Shown one piece after another: positions 34,041-48,000 of a stretch of 64,000 bases of DNA (positions are counted from its first letter, which is position 1; every line of letters starts with the position of its first letter). Below the pieces are notes generated by a model. The model searched no databases, was not told the origin of the DNA, and worked only from the letters and a program-made list of their open reading frames with translations. The stretch is from the NCBI RefSeq assembly GCF_963921235.1, contig NC_086106.1, forward strand, positions 18,910,001 through 18,974,000, written 5' to 3'. The translations under genes were made by a program, and so were the position numbers. The DNA comes from Mobula hypostoma. Its lineage: Eukaryota.

Positions 34041-35506
34041 TACTTGAAGCTCAGTAACTATTTGTTATTAATAGCTGACAGATGTCTGAAACTCTGCGAT
34101 AACATTAACAATCAGTCCTTACACTTCCTCTCAGGTTTCACAGGCAGGTTTAATTCGAGCAGGGGGCCCTCCCAGTGAAGCTGTGTTACTAAAAAGAATA
34201 AACACACTACTTTACATATGGAAATACAATTCTAATGTTGTGTTTTGCACCAACCAACAGGTTCACTTTTACCACAAGGAGACAAAATGCATCAAAACCA
34301 AAGGTCAAAAGACACAGAGACAGCAAGACCCTCTTTTTGTTACAGAGCATTTGTCTCGTGTCAGAAATGGACTCACTGTAATGATGATTGACTGTTACTG
34401 ATTGATTTATTGATTATGTTATGGGAATGAGCAGTTCAAATATATGTACACTTGAACTTTATGTTCTGAAGCATTTGGGAGACTCCCCACAACAACTGAA
34501 AGTGTGTTTGCTCAGACTGAGCACAGAAGTCCATCCTGATGACTGTAGTTCAGGTGATCTGATAATTGTGAATTGGTAGCAATAAAGTGGAAAATAAGGA
34601 GAATCTAAAAGATGCCACGGACTGCCTTGTCAATGTTCCATCGATGGGCAGAATCCCGGTGTGACATGCTGGAGCTCACGTTTGTTGATGAGAATGAAGG
34701 CTGCCCGGTGAATCAACTTTAGACTGAAACAGCAACACAGACAACAATCACTATGGATCACTGTGGGTGTTGGGGGTTGTCATTGGCCTGGAAGCTGTCA
34801 GGCCCTGAAAATCAAGGATAACAAACTTGTGTATTCAGAGAGAATCAATAATCTGCCATTGAAAGGTTGTCAGCTGATGAGGTCTGCAAGTTTAGATATC
34901 TACTAAACCTTTCTTTCTGGCATCCGGACAGCAAATTGTGTAGTTCTACTCCTGTAAGAGCCCTGGGCCAGTAGCTTGCTGTTTGATTTTTGTTTTCACC
35001 TTGAATAAAATAACATCACCTAAACTGGATTTGTGTCATTAAGCTCTGAATCTATTCTGGTAAGAACAGATTGATAGATTTCACAATACCTGAAAATTAA
35101 CTGCCCTGAGGAAGTTTCTGGGATGATGCAACCTTATTACTTTGGGAATTTTGCCCTTTCAGGTGTTGGTTTGGACTATATAATTGTTATTTTCATTGTA
35201 GTTTAACTTTCTTGTGTTTGTGTTTTTAATTAATTACCTGTATACATGTAATTGTTCAATGGGTTGCCATTGCCTGTGTATCTCCTGGAAACTCCCAGTT
35301 TCACTGGTGGGTATCACATTGCTGGAATAAGTCAATATCTTATTGTTTAATTTCAACAATGGAATTTGAATGGAATGTCTGCTACCAGTATTCTGCGGTC
35401 ATAAGCAATGGGTTTTAATGCCCCTTCTTGACTTCTGAAGAACTTAGGTTGCAAAACCATCAGGATCCAATAAAAGTTTAAGTTTTGATCAACAAACCCA
35501 GCATTT

Positions 35507-35790
35507 GGGGCGGCATGGTAGTGTCGTGGTTAGCAGAATGTTTTGCAGTGCAGGCGACCTAGAGTTCAATTCCTGTCGCTGCCTGTAAGGAATTTGTAAT
35601 TTCTCCCCGAGAATGTGTGGGTTTCCATCGGGTACTCCGGTTGCCTCTCACAGTCCAAAGACATACTGGTTGGTATTTTAACTGGTCATTGTAAATTGTC
35701 CTGTGATTAGACTAGGATTAAATCGGGGGATTCCTGGGCAGTGTGGCTCGAAGGGCCTATTCTATACTGTATGCCAATAAATAAATGAAT
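35507..35790 (+). mobile_element. V-domain SINE (HE1-like)
   Basis: tRNA head, then GTGGGTTTCCATCGGGTACTCCGGTTGCCTCTCACAGTCCAAAGAC, then a CR1-like tail and AATAAAT. Confidence 0.75.
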
Positions 35791-36612
35791 GAAATAATTT
35801 ACATGTACTTTACTGATTTTTTTTTTTAGTATGAATCCATTCTAAAATGATTCTTGAGTTTCCTCTCACCCTCCTCCATATGGGAGTCCAGTCCTACTGT
35901 CAATTACTCTGTCTGAGGAGCTTCTTCAACTAAGTCCACAGATTCATTCTAATGAATTTAAACCTGCAGTACTGTGTCTTTCTCTTCCTCTTTAATTTAA
36001 ATCCATCTTGTGGATGTCATTCCCATTCCCTTCATTCTTCCATCACTCTGTGTCTGACGTCTCAGTGAGTCAGTAAATTGTGGTGCAGACCATTTCAGCA
36101 CATCATCCTGCTGGACTGAGGCATTGTTTCCAGATTCCTCCTCCGACCAGTCACTTCCTCACCTGCCATTCCCTCTCCTTCTATGACCTGACATCTGATT
36201 TATGCTCCTGTGAAACACTTTCTGATGATTTCCTATATTAAAGCCACACTGTAAATGCAAGTGCTTTCTTTTGAGTAAAATTGTCCAATTATTTTGCATT
36301 GCAGACCAACCATGTCCACAAATGATCCACAAAAGTTCTTGATGATGAACGGGAGCTGAGAACCAAGGAAGTCACATTTTCTATTAGAATGTACATCTGC
36401 ATAAAAAATAGGAAAACAGCGAGGTTGGCAGTGTCTGGGAAAGAACATTAATCACTGATGATTCAAATCTGCATTCCCCTTCAGACTGCAGTGGGGTCAC
36501 ACTTACCTCTTTTGATGGTTAGTCCTGGGAACACTTACAAGGGCTTCTGTACTCGGTCTGCACTGTTTCCTGTACAGACAGAGAGATACAGCACAGAAAC
36601 AGGCCCATCATC

Positions 36613-36820
36613 CCACTGAGCCTGCACTAACCATTAACCACTGAGTCTACACTAACCATTAACCACTGAGCCTGTACTAACCATTAACCACTGAGTCTAC
36701 ACTGACCATTAACCACTGAGTCTACACTAACCATTAACCACTGAGTCTGCACAAACCATTAACCAGTTAGTCTGCACTAACCATTATTTACCACTGAGTC
36801 TGCATTAACTGTTAACCACC
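36613..36820. repeat. 25-bp minisatellite, ~8 copies
   Basis: Unit CCACTGAGTCTACACTAACCATTAA. Confidence 0.92.
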
Positions 36821-36829
36821 TGGCCTATA

Positions 36830-39720
36830 ATTTCTTTTCTTCCGCCTTTGTCCCTTCTGTAAATGTGGAGTGACATTTGCAATTTTTCAGTCCTCTGGAA
36901 CCATTTCAGAATCTAGTGATTGTTGAAAGATCATTACTAACGCCTCCATGGTCTCTTCAGCTTCCTCTTTCAGAGCCCTGAGGTGTCGTCCATTGAGTCC
37001 AGGTGACTTTAGTACCTTCAGACTTTTCAGCATCCCAAGCACCTTCTCCTTAGTAATAGAAATGACACTGACTTCTGCCCCCCACACACTCTTACTTTTC
37101 TGGCATTCTGCTGGTGTGTTCCATAGTCAAGACTGACACACAAAATATTTACCAAATTCACCTGCCATTTCTTTGTCCCACATTGCTACCTCTCCAGCAT
37201 AATTTTCCAGTGGTCTGATATCCACTCTGGTCTCTCATTTATTTGATATATATCTGAAAAAACTTTGGGTATCCTCTTTTATCTTATTGGCTAGCTTACC
37301 TTCATATTTCATCTCTTCTCTCTTTATGTCTTTTTTAGTTGTCTTCAAATTTAAGTTCAACCAGGTATGAATGCCCATGAATACAGACAAACAAAGCAGC
37401 TTTTATCCAGGGCCAAGGTGAAAAACGCTGTACCAACAGTCACACAGAGCACAAGCTACATATAGCACATACTAGATAGCAAGCCTTCTGTTGGCTTTTG
37501 CTATATTATATGCCCTTTTATGTCCTTTGTGCTGTTTTTGAATTCCTTTTGTAAACACAAAATAATCTGCAGATGCTGTAAAAGATCAGAGCAACACTTT
37601 CAGTACACTGGATGAACTCAGCAGGTCGGGCAGCATCAGTCAGAAATGTTGACTCATCGTTTCTGACTGATGCTGCCCGACCTGCTGAGTTCATCCAGCG
37701 TATTGAAAGTGTTGCTTTGAATTCCTTTGATAGATATGCTTGTTTCATCCTCCCTTTAGAATACATCTTCACCTTTGGGATGCATCTTTCCCATGCCTTC
37801 CAAATTTCTCCCAGAAACTCCAGCGTTCAGTTCTGCCATCATTCCTGTTACTGACCCCCTTCTAATCAATTGAAGTTAGCTCCTCTCTCATGTTTCTGTA
37901 ATTCTGTCACTCCACTGTAGTACTGATACATCTGATTTTAGCTTCTCCTTCTCAAAATGCAGGGTGAATTTTGTTATATTATGATCACTCCTCATAAGGG
38001 TTCCTTTACCTTAAGCTCCTAAATCAAATTTGTTCCTTACCTTACACTCAATCCAGAATTACTGTTCCACTTTTGGACTCAACCAAAAGCTGCTCTAAAA
38101 ACAATCTCATAGGCATTCTAGAAATTTCTTCTATTGGGATCCAGCACCAACTTTATCTTCCCAATCTATCTACATATTGAAATCCCCATGAGTATTGTTA
38201 CTTTCCCCTTTTTATATGCCCTTCCTATCTCCCATTGTAATTTCTAGCCCTCATCCTGGCCATTGTTCAGAGTCTTGTATATAACTCCCATCAAGATGTT
38301 TTCTTTACCAATATTTTTCCAAGATGTTTTGACCCTTGCAGTTTCTTAACTCTGCCTACAATGATACTACATCTTCCGATACTATGTCACCTCTTTCTAA
38401 GGACTTGATTTCATTTTTCACCAAAACAGCCACATCATCCCCTCTGCCTACCTGCCTATCTTTTCAATACTATGTGCATCTTTGGATATTAAGCTCCCAG
38501 CTATGATCTTCTTTCAGCCATGACTCAGTGATGCTCACAACGTCATACCTGCCAATCTCTAACTGTGCTACAAGACCTTATTCCATATACTGTGTGCATT
38601 CCAATATAACACCTTCAGTCCTGTATTCATCACTCTTTTTGATTTTGGCCCCCTGTTACACTTTAACTAATTCACATGACCTCAATTTTGCCTATCCTTT
38701 CCTCTCAGCCTCACTACACAACACATCTTGTTGTATACCAACTGCCCCATTTTCAGCTCTAACACTCTGGTTCCCATCCCCCTGAGAAATTAGATTAACC
38801 CTCTGAAACAGCTCTAACAAATCTGCCTGCAAACATATTGGTCCCCCTCGGGTTCAGGTGTAAACTGTCCTTTTGTACAGGTCATACATTCTGCAGAAGA
38901 GATTACAATGGTCCAGAAATCTGAGACTGCCCCTGCACCAATTCTTCTGCCACACAATCAACTGCCAGGTCATCTAATTTTTACCCTTACCAGTGCATGG
39001 CATAAGCAGAAATCTAGTGATTGCTACCCTAGAGGTCCAGTTCTTCAGCTTTCCATTTAACTCCCTTTAGTCTCTCTTCAGGACCTCCTCCCTTTTCCTA
39101 TGTATGTCATTTGTACCACTATGTACCACGTCTTCCAGCTGTTCACCCTCCCTCTTTAGAATGCTCTCGACATGATCTGAGACATCCTTGACCCTGGCAC
39201 CTGTGAAGCAACACATCATCTGGGCATCTCTTTCACATCCATAGAATCTGCTGTCCACTCCTCTGATTATGGAATCGCCTATCACTGCTTCACTCCTCTT
39301 CCACAACACACCTTCCCTTCTGAGACACTGGGACAGACTCAGTGCCAGAGAACAGGTCATTGTGGCTGCCCCTTGGTAGGTCATCCCCTCCAACTATATC
39401 CAAAGCAGTATACTTATTACTGAGGTGAATGGCCACAGAGGAACTCTGAAATGGCTGCCTATTCCCTTTCCCTCTCCTGACAGTCACCCAGGTACCTGCC
39501 TTCTGCAACTTAGGGGTGACTTCGTCCCAGTGGCTCTTAACTATCACTTGCTCATTTTCCCGTATGAACCAAAGGTCATCGAGCTGCAGCTCAGTGCACT
39601 TTGTGCTGATGTAGTTCTCAGGAAGGCAGGATATCTCCCAAAGTTCCCACATCTCACAGAAGGAACATATCACTAACTCTGGACCCATTGTCAGAGCAAT
39701 AGCTATGTACTAACAGGAAA
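36830..39720 (-). mobile_element. Degenerate CR1 LINE (ORF1 zinc-finger/esterase plus ORF2 5' part)
   Basis: CSFCEMWE..CTKC and VIGDSIIRGVD..MCCFTGARVKDV in ORF1; KSPGLNG..LKE in ORF2. Confidence 0.85.
37590..37716. repeat. Near-perfect 57-bp-arm inverted repeat made of Penelope-type termini
   Basis: AGCAACACTTTCAG..GCAGCATCAGTCAGAAA / 13-nt loop / TTTCTGACTGATGCTGC..GAAAGTGTTGCT. Confidence 0.9.
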
Positions 39721-40632
39721 TATAAACTTACTACAAAATTACTCACAACATCTGACTGTGTTTGTCCAAGCCAGTTTTCAAGGAAGCCTGTTTAGTCAAA
39801 GCCTGACCACTCTAACACTGTTCACTCACACAATGGCCACTCCACTTTCACATTGCTTCCTTTCATTCATCTCTGCCAAGTGCCTAATAGACTGTTATGA
39901 CTGCAGTCCCAAAAAACCTGAGCACTTTTTAAACCTTGCACTGTCACCTTCAAATCACCTTTCACACTGATTGCAGCCCACCAAAAAGTTCCAAAACCAT
40001 CCAAGCTCCTTTTAAACTGTGTACTCTGTCACCAATGAACGACGCCTTCTACTGATTAGGGACCACTGAAAAGTCCTGAATGCACCGAAGTTCTTTTTAA
40101 ACCTTGCGCTGTATCACCAAAGAACGATCTTTCATACTGATTGCAGCCCCCTGAAAAATAAGCGGTAAAGTCAAGAGTGAAGGTTATCAAAATTACAGTG
40201 AGATCTTGTTCAGCTGAATAAGTGGACTGAAGAGTGGCAAATGGAGTTCTATTCAGGAAAGTTCAAGGTGTAATACCAAGGTTGAAGTTAAACCAAGATA
40301 GGGCTTCCACAGTGAATGATAGGGTCCTCTAATGTGATGTGAAACAGAGGGGCCTTGCAGTTCAAGTAGAAAGCAGAAAACAGGACCTCCAGTGCAACAA
40401 TCTTTGGATTGATGCCTGTGAGGATAAAAATAGGATGAGTTGGCAGATGAAATATGGGTGAGAAACTGGTGCAGGGGGCAGGATTTCAGATACCTGGATG
40501 AAAGAAGATCATAGTTGGGAGCTTAACATCCAAGGATACACATTGTATCAAAAGGATAGGCAGGTAGGCAGAGGGGGAGGCATGGCTCCATTGGTATAAA
40601 AATGAAATTAAATCCTTAAAAATAGGTGACAT

Positions 40633-42990
40633 GGGGGACGTCACGTGATGACGTAGATTGAGTCGTGGAAATCCAGCTCTTCCTTACAAAATCAGCAAAG
40701 TACCGTTTAAACAAAGAAAAGTTAATAAATAGTTTTTTGAAAACTACTTATAAACTAGTCAAGACTATTTTACGATACGCCTCGTAAACAGAAACAGAAG
40801 AAGACTGACGTTTTGATGACACCGCGAGACGGGAAGAAAAAAAAAAGGCCTACTACAATGATGGAACCTCGGGCTCATGTTGGATCTCCTTCGGAGGAGA
40901 CACATTTTATCTCTGGCATTGAAGAACGAGGCAATGGCAGCGGCAGTGGTCCCTGGGAAAAAGAAGCGGCAACCACGCATGTGTAAAGAAGTAGGCATGT
41001 GCAAGTTGATACAAGTCAAACTACAGGAACCGACTGCCACTGAAAGGGGAAGTGACCTGGAGTCATGATGTTTTGATTTATTTAACAAACCCACTGTATT
41101 CGTTACGTATACTATCTTCTAGATTGGAAGAATATGGGAAAGTATCAGGGTATAAAATAAATCGGGATAAAAGTGAAATCTTACCTCTTACTAAAGGAGA
41201 CTATAGTCAATGTCGTTTAGCAACCCAATTTAGATGGCTGGTAAATGGTATAAAGTATTTAGGTATAAGACTTGATAATGATATAAAGAATTTATGTAAA
41301 TTTAATTAATTTACACTATTGAAAAAAATTCAAGAAGATCTTGACAAATGGATGATATTACCAATAACATTAGTCGGTAGAGTCAATGCTGTAAAAATGA
41401 ATATATTTCCTAGATTACAGTATTTATTTCAAACACTACCAATACAACTGCTACAGAAATTTTTTCAAGAGTTAAATAAATGTGTGAGGAAATTTCTTTG
41501 GAAAGGTAAGATGTCAAGAACATCGTTGGAAATATTGACATGGCAATTTGAGTTAGGAGGGTTACAACTTCCAAATTTTAAGAATTATTATAAAGCAAAT
41601 CAACTTAGATTTATTGTATCTTTTTTTTGACGAATGAAAACCGGCATGGATTAGAATAGAATTAGATAAGATAGGAGAAAATACACCAGAAGATTTTATA
41701 TATAATTGGGAATCTAAATGGCTACGGGAAAAGAACGAATCTCCTATATTAAAACCTTTGATCGATCTATGGAATAAGATAAACGTTGATGATGAAGTAA
41801 AGAAATCTTCATTAGCAGGGAGACCTTTAATTCAAAACAGACTTATTCCTTTTACAATGGATAATCAACTTTTATATAATTGGTACCCAAAAGGGATTAG
41901 ATGTATAGGAGACTGTTATGAAGGAGGTATATTGATGTCATTTGAACAATTAAAGAATAATTATAAAATATCAAATAACACTTTCTTTTGTTACCTTCAA
42001 TTAAGGGCTTATTTAAGGGATAAACTGGGTCAAACAATGTTTTTGCTGAAACCTAATTAAATTGAAACTTTAATTCAAAAAGGAAAAATTTTAAAAATTA
42101 TTTCTTTTATGTATAATCTGATTCAAAAACAGACACAAACAAGGAATCCTCAAGTCAAGACAAAAATGGGAAACGGATTTGAGTATTAATATTGATGAAA
42201 CAAATTGGTCAAGACTATGTCCTGACAGTATGGCAAATGCAATAAATGTTTGACTCAGATTAGTACAATATAATTTTTACACCAATGATATATTACACCG
42301 CAAAAAATAAATAGATTAAGTTCAAACTTATCTGATCAATGTTTTCAGTGTAATCAAGAAATTGGTACTTTTTTTACATTCTACTTGGTCCTGTTCCAAA
42401 ATTCAACCTTTTTGGATAAATTTAAGAGTTTTATTGGAACAAATTACTGGAGCTCAACTTCCACATAACTCTAAATTATTTTTATTAGGTGACATTGAAG
42501 GGATAAAACTGAAACTTAAATTGAATAAATACCAGAAAGAATTTATAACGATTGCATTGGCAGTAGCCAAGAAGGCTATTGCAGTTACTTGGAAATCGTA
42601 TTCGTATTTAAGTATGGATCATTGGAATAATGAAATTTTTAGCTGTATTCCACTTGAAAAAAATACTTATAATTTAAGAGATAAATATGATACATTTTTG
42701 AATATTTGGTGCCCTTATTTACAAAAGATAGGATGGTATATATAGGTGCTCCGATGATAAAGATGTTGGTCCTTTGGGGTAAGAAACAAATAAATATATT
42801 TAATTTATTTCAAATCTCATGGAGCATGTGGAGACCTTCCAATATCCAGGCAGTCTTTCTTTTTTCCTTTTTCTTTCTTTTCTTTTAGGTAGGGGTATGT
42901 ATCGGGGGGAAGGGTTAAGGGGAGGGTGGAGGGTAGATATTATTATTCCATGTAACCAAGTTTGAAAACTCAATAAAAAAATTATTTAAA
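40633..42990 (+). mobile_element. Internally deleted L1/Tx1-like LINE inserted into a CR1
   Basis: 14-bp TSD AAAATAGGTGACAT at 40619-40632 and 42991-43004; GRVNAVKMNIFPRLQYLFQ; CR1 endonuclease sequence resumes after the insertion. Confidence 0.85.
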
Positions 42991-43689
42991 AAAATAGGTG
43001 ACATAGGATTGCAAGATGTAAAATCTTTGTGGGTATAGTTAAGGAACTGCAAGGGTAAAAAGACCCTGAATGGAGTTATATACAGGTCTCCAAACAACAT
43101 CCAGGATGTGGGCTACAAATTACAATGGAAGATAGAAAACACAAGTCAAAAGAGCAAAGTTATGATAGTCATGGAAAATTTCAAAATGCAGGCAGTTTGG
43201 GAAAATCATATTTGTTGCTGATTTGGATTCCGAGAGAGAATTTGTGGAATGCTTTTGAGATGGATTTTTAGAGCAGCTTGTGCTTGAGTCCACTGGGGGA
43301 TAAACTATTTTGGATCGGGTGTTGTGTAATGAACCAGATTTGATTTGGAACCTTAAGGTAAAGGGACCATTAGGAGCCATTTATCAAATTATGATAGAAT
43401 TCACCCCACAATTTGAAAATGAGAAGCTAAAGTCAGATTTATCGAAAACTTAGAACAGTACAGCACAAGCACAGACCCTTCAGCTTACAATATTGTGCTG
43501 AACCAGCTAAAAAGTAAATTAAAAATCCCTTAAAATGAATCCCTCATACCTACACAATGTCCATATCCATCCATTTTCTGTCACAGTCCCGACCGTTAAT
43601 TCCCCATTTTCTCCTATTTCCCTTTGATTGTGTCACGGTCCCGACAGTTAATTCTCCATTTTCTACTCATTCCCTTTGATGGCGACCGG

Positions 43690-45080
43690 TTAGCCTAACG
43701 TCGGTGGTGGGGAAACTGCTGGAGTCAATTATCAAGGATGTGATAACAGCACATTTGGAAAGCGGTGAAATGATCGGACAAAGTCAGCATGGATTTGTGA
43801 AAGGAAAATCATGTCTGACGAATCTCATAGAATTTTTTGAGGATGTAACTAGTAGAGTGGAGAGGGGAGAACCAGTGGATGTGGTATATTTGGATTTTCA
43901 AAAGGCTTTTGACAAGGTCCCACACAGGAGATTAGTGTGCAAACTTAAAGCACACGGTATTGGGGGTAAGGTATTGGTGTGGGTGGAGAATTGGTTAGCA
44001 GGCAGAAAGCAAAGAGTGGGAATAAACGGGACCTTTTCAGAATGGCAGGCGGTGACTAGTGGGGTACCGCAAGGCTCAGTGCTGGGACCCCAGTTGTTTA
44101 CAATATATATTAATGACTTGGATGAGGGAATTAAATGCAGCATCTCCAAGTTTGCAGATGACACGAAGCTAGGTGGCAGTGTTAGAAGTGAGGAGGATGC
44201 TAAGAGGATGCAGGGTGACTTGGATAGGTTGGGTGAGTGGGCAAATTCATGGCAGATGCAATTTAATGTGGATAAATGTGAAGTTATCCACTTTGGTGGC
44301 AAAAATAGGAAAACAGATTATTATCTGAATGGTGGCCGATTAGGAAAAGGGGAGGTGCAACGAGACCTGGGTGTCATTATACAACAGTCATTGAAAGTGG
44401 GCATGCAGGTACAGCAGGCAGTGAAAAAGGCGAATGGTATGCTGGCATTTATAGTGAGAGGATTCGAGTACAGGAGCAGGGAGGTACTACTGCAGTTGTA
44501 CAAGGCCTTGGTGAGACCACGCCTGGAGTATTGTGTGCAGTTTTGGTCCCCTAATCTGACGAAAGACATCTTTGCCATAGAGGGAGTACAAAGAAGGTTC
44601 ACCAGATTGATTCCTGGGATGGCGGGACTTTCATATGAAGAAAGACTGGATGAATTGGGCTTGTACTCGTTGGAATTTAGAAGATTGAGGAGGGATCTGA
44701 TTGAAACGTATAAGATCCTAAAGGGATTGGACAGGCTAGATGCAGGAAGATTGTTCCTGATGTTGGGGAAGTCCAGAACGAGGGGTCACAGTTTGAGGAT
44801 AGAGGGGAAGCCTTTTAGGACCGAGATTAGGAAAAACTTCTTCACACAGAGAGTGGTGAATCTGTGGAATTCTCTGCCACAGGAAACTGTTGAGGCCAGT
44901 TCATTGGCTATATTTAAGAGGGAGTTAGATATGGCCCTTGTGGCTACGGGGGTCAAGGGGTATGGAGGGAAGGCTGGGGCGGGGTTCTGAGTTGGATGAT
45001 CAGCCATGATCATAATAAATGGCGGTGCAGGCTCGATGGGCCGAATGGCCTACTCCTGCACCTATTTTCTAAGTTTCTAT
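43690..45080 (+). mobile_element. 5'-truncated CR1 LINE with an open 428-aa RT
   Basis: ORF 43704-44990 with all RT motifs. Confidence 0.95.
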
Positions 45081-45084
45081 AAAA

Positions 45085-48000
45085 ACCCCGGCTTTGCACC
45101 CACTCCTTGCCAGATCGTTGTTTTAGCTAGTGTAGTAATTAACATTCCCGGAGACTCCGCCTTTGGACATGTAAGACACGGTGTCTTTCTGTCTGCCTTT
45201 AATTTCTCCCTTTCCCGACTTAAACTTTGAAATTTTAACTTTATTCAGTCGGATCTGTTAAAGTGATAATTATAAGCATGGCTACCTTGAGAAGCACTAA
45301 AAATATTCCCAATACAGGTAATGGTAAAGCTAAAAAAATTGACAAAACTTCTGAAGAGCCAGCCTGGGTTAATAGATTAGAGACTCGAATGAGCTCTATC
45401 GTCGCTGAATTAACTCAACTAAAAGAAAGCCTTTTTCCCCTGGAGGGAAAAATTGATTCTTTGAGCTTGGATCTTAAAGAAGTAACTCGTAATGCGGCTG
45501 ATATTCCCACTCGTTTGGAAAAAGCACAACGTCGGATTGTTGATTTGGAGACTCGTTCTCGTCGTTATAATATTAGAATTGTTGGATTGCAAGAGCAATC
45601 AGAATCTGCCGATATACTGGATTATTTCGCTAAAATGTTTCAATCTCTATTTCCTGAGGCATTTTCACAATTGCCCGACATCGAAGCAGCCCACAGGATT
45701 GGAACTCCGAAAGAAGGTAAAAACAGACATGTTATTGTGCGTTTCCTCCGTATTCGAGACAAAGACGGTAATATTAAACTGGCAAGGAAGCAAAGGCTGT
45801 TTAAATTTCAAGGCTCTTTCTTTCCAGATTTTCCACGTGAAGTTGTTCAGCAACGTTCTGGATTCGCGACTGTAATGCGAATGGCCTTTCAAAAACAGAT
45901 CTATCCCTCCCTTCTTTATCCAGCTAAATTAAGGCTTTTCACTAAAGACTCTGGGGTTCGTATTTTTGAGGATCCAGCCGATGGGCTGCGTTTTATTAAT
46001 TCTCTCTCGGATGAGTCCGAAGCCTGCAGTTTAAAAGATTTACAATTATTCGATCGTTTTACGATATAAGGAATGATGAGATCAGAAGAATTGAGAAGTA
46101 TAGAAAGTCTTGCAGTTAAAAAGTAGCTTTATCTTTGAAATAGACTGGTTTGGACGGTTTTAACTTTAGAAGATATTTTATGGGATCTTTGGAAGACTGT
46201 AGAAATTTTAAACTATTTAGAATTTCTTTCTGAATGAATTAATTGTTTCTTTTTGCTTTGTATGGTTTTGTTAAGAACTTTTAACTACTATTCAGTGTTT
46301 TTTTTACGCTTTATAGATAGAGGTAAATTTCTAAAGATGGCGATGTTTTCTGTGAAGATATTTCAAGAACTTGTTTTGGAAATTTTTTTTTCTTATCTGA
46401 TGTTCTGAAGGTTACTTTCTAAATTGAAGGCCGTTTCTGTTAACTGTTTTTTCTAATTTAATTGTAATGGGTTGTATGTCGACTGTAATGAGTAGTATAC
46501 CAGGGAGAGGGAGACAGATTACTTTTTTTTATTTGCACCTTTTACGTAGGCAGGTGGAGTTCAGAATTGCTTCTATGCATTTCTTGGGGCTTGTGTCGAT
46601 TAATATCGACTTACTTCTGGGCTCTGTAGGTTGGGTAGGTTTCTTCTTTTTTATTTCTATTTTTTATTCCCATTATGGAATTCCGGAGCTTACGCAAATT
46701 GTTATCATTGTTGTTTATCACCACCATTTAAAATTTCTTTATCCTGACATGTGTTTAATTGTTTTCTTTAGATATGAAGTTTCATGATGTTAGTTAAACA
46801 GTTAAATGCTTTAAGTTGGAATGTCTGTGGTTGGAATCATCCTATTAAGTGTATGAAAACATTTAAAATTAATAATCAATTCCAACCTGATATAATCTTT
46901 GTACAAGAGACACATGTCAGGTTATGTGATAACAATCGATTTTATTAAATTTTGGAAGGGCCCTCAGATTCACGCAAACTCTCAAAGTAAAATTAGCGGT
47001 GTTTCCATTTTTATTGATTCCAATATTCCCTTTAATCAGGAGGATATTATAACTGTATTAATGGTAGATTTTTGATTGTTAAAGGAACAATTTACAATAA
47101 GAAAATGGTTTTGGTTAATATATATGGACCAAATGCTGATGATCCTTCCTTTTTTTAAAGATATTTTTGCTCTATTACTTGATTTAAATGAATGTTATTA
47201 ATGGTGGAGATTTTAATATTTGCTTAAATCCCTTGTTAGATTCCTCTAAAATGAAAGCTTTTTTATATAAGATTAAATTTCCTCAAATTACTGCTGAAGA
47301 TCAACAGATCCTCGATACTCCAATTGTTCAGCATGGAATTCAGAAAGCTATATGGTCAATGCAATCAGGTAAAGCTCCTGGACTCGATGGTTATTCGGAA
47401 GGATTTAATATTTTTGAAAAATTACTTTCTCCATACCTTTTGGAAATATTTCATGATTCTTTTGAGAAAGGTAATTTACCCTTTTTTAATGAAGCTTCTG
47501 TTTCTTTAATCCTTAAGAAAGATAAAGATCCTACTGAATGCTCATTTTATAGACCTATTTCGCTATTAAATGTGGGTGCTAAAATTCCTTCCAAGATAAT
47601 GACTCATCGTTTGGAAAACATTTTATCTAAGATTATCTCTATGGATCAAATAGGCTTAATTAAAGGCCGTTGCTCTTTCTCTAATGTTTGGAGATTAATG
47701 AATATTTATATTCACCGTTATCCAAAACACCTCAATGTGTTATTTCTCTGGATGCAGAAAAGGCATTTGATAGTGTTGAATGGACTTATTTGTTTAATGT
47801 ATTGGAGCGATTTGGCTTTGGTAATAATTTTAATAAGTGGATTCAAATATCTGTAAGAACCCTATCACTACCGTTATTACTAATAATCTTGAGTCTCCCT
47901 TTTTTTACTTTCACGTGGTACTCGACAAGGGTGTCCATTAAGTCCTTTATTGTTTAATCTCGCACTGGAGCCTTCGGCTATAACAATCCGCAAATCTAAA

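Noticed and set aside
45263-46069. 268-aa ORF as a domesticated host gene (L1TD1-like)
   Set aside because: Sits in normal position upstream of a decayed ORF2 within an L1 copy; no evidence of domestication
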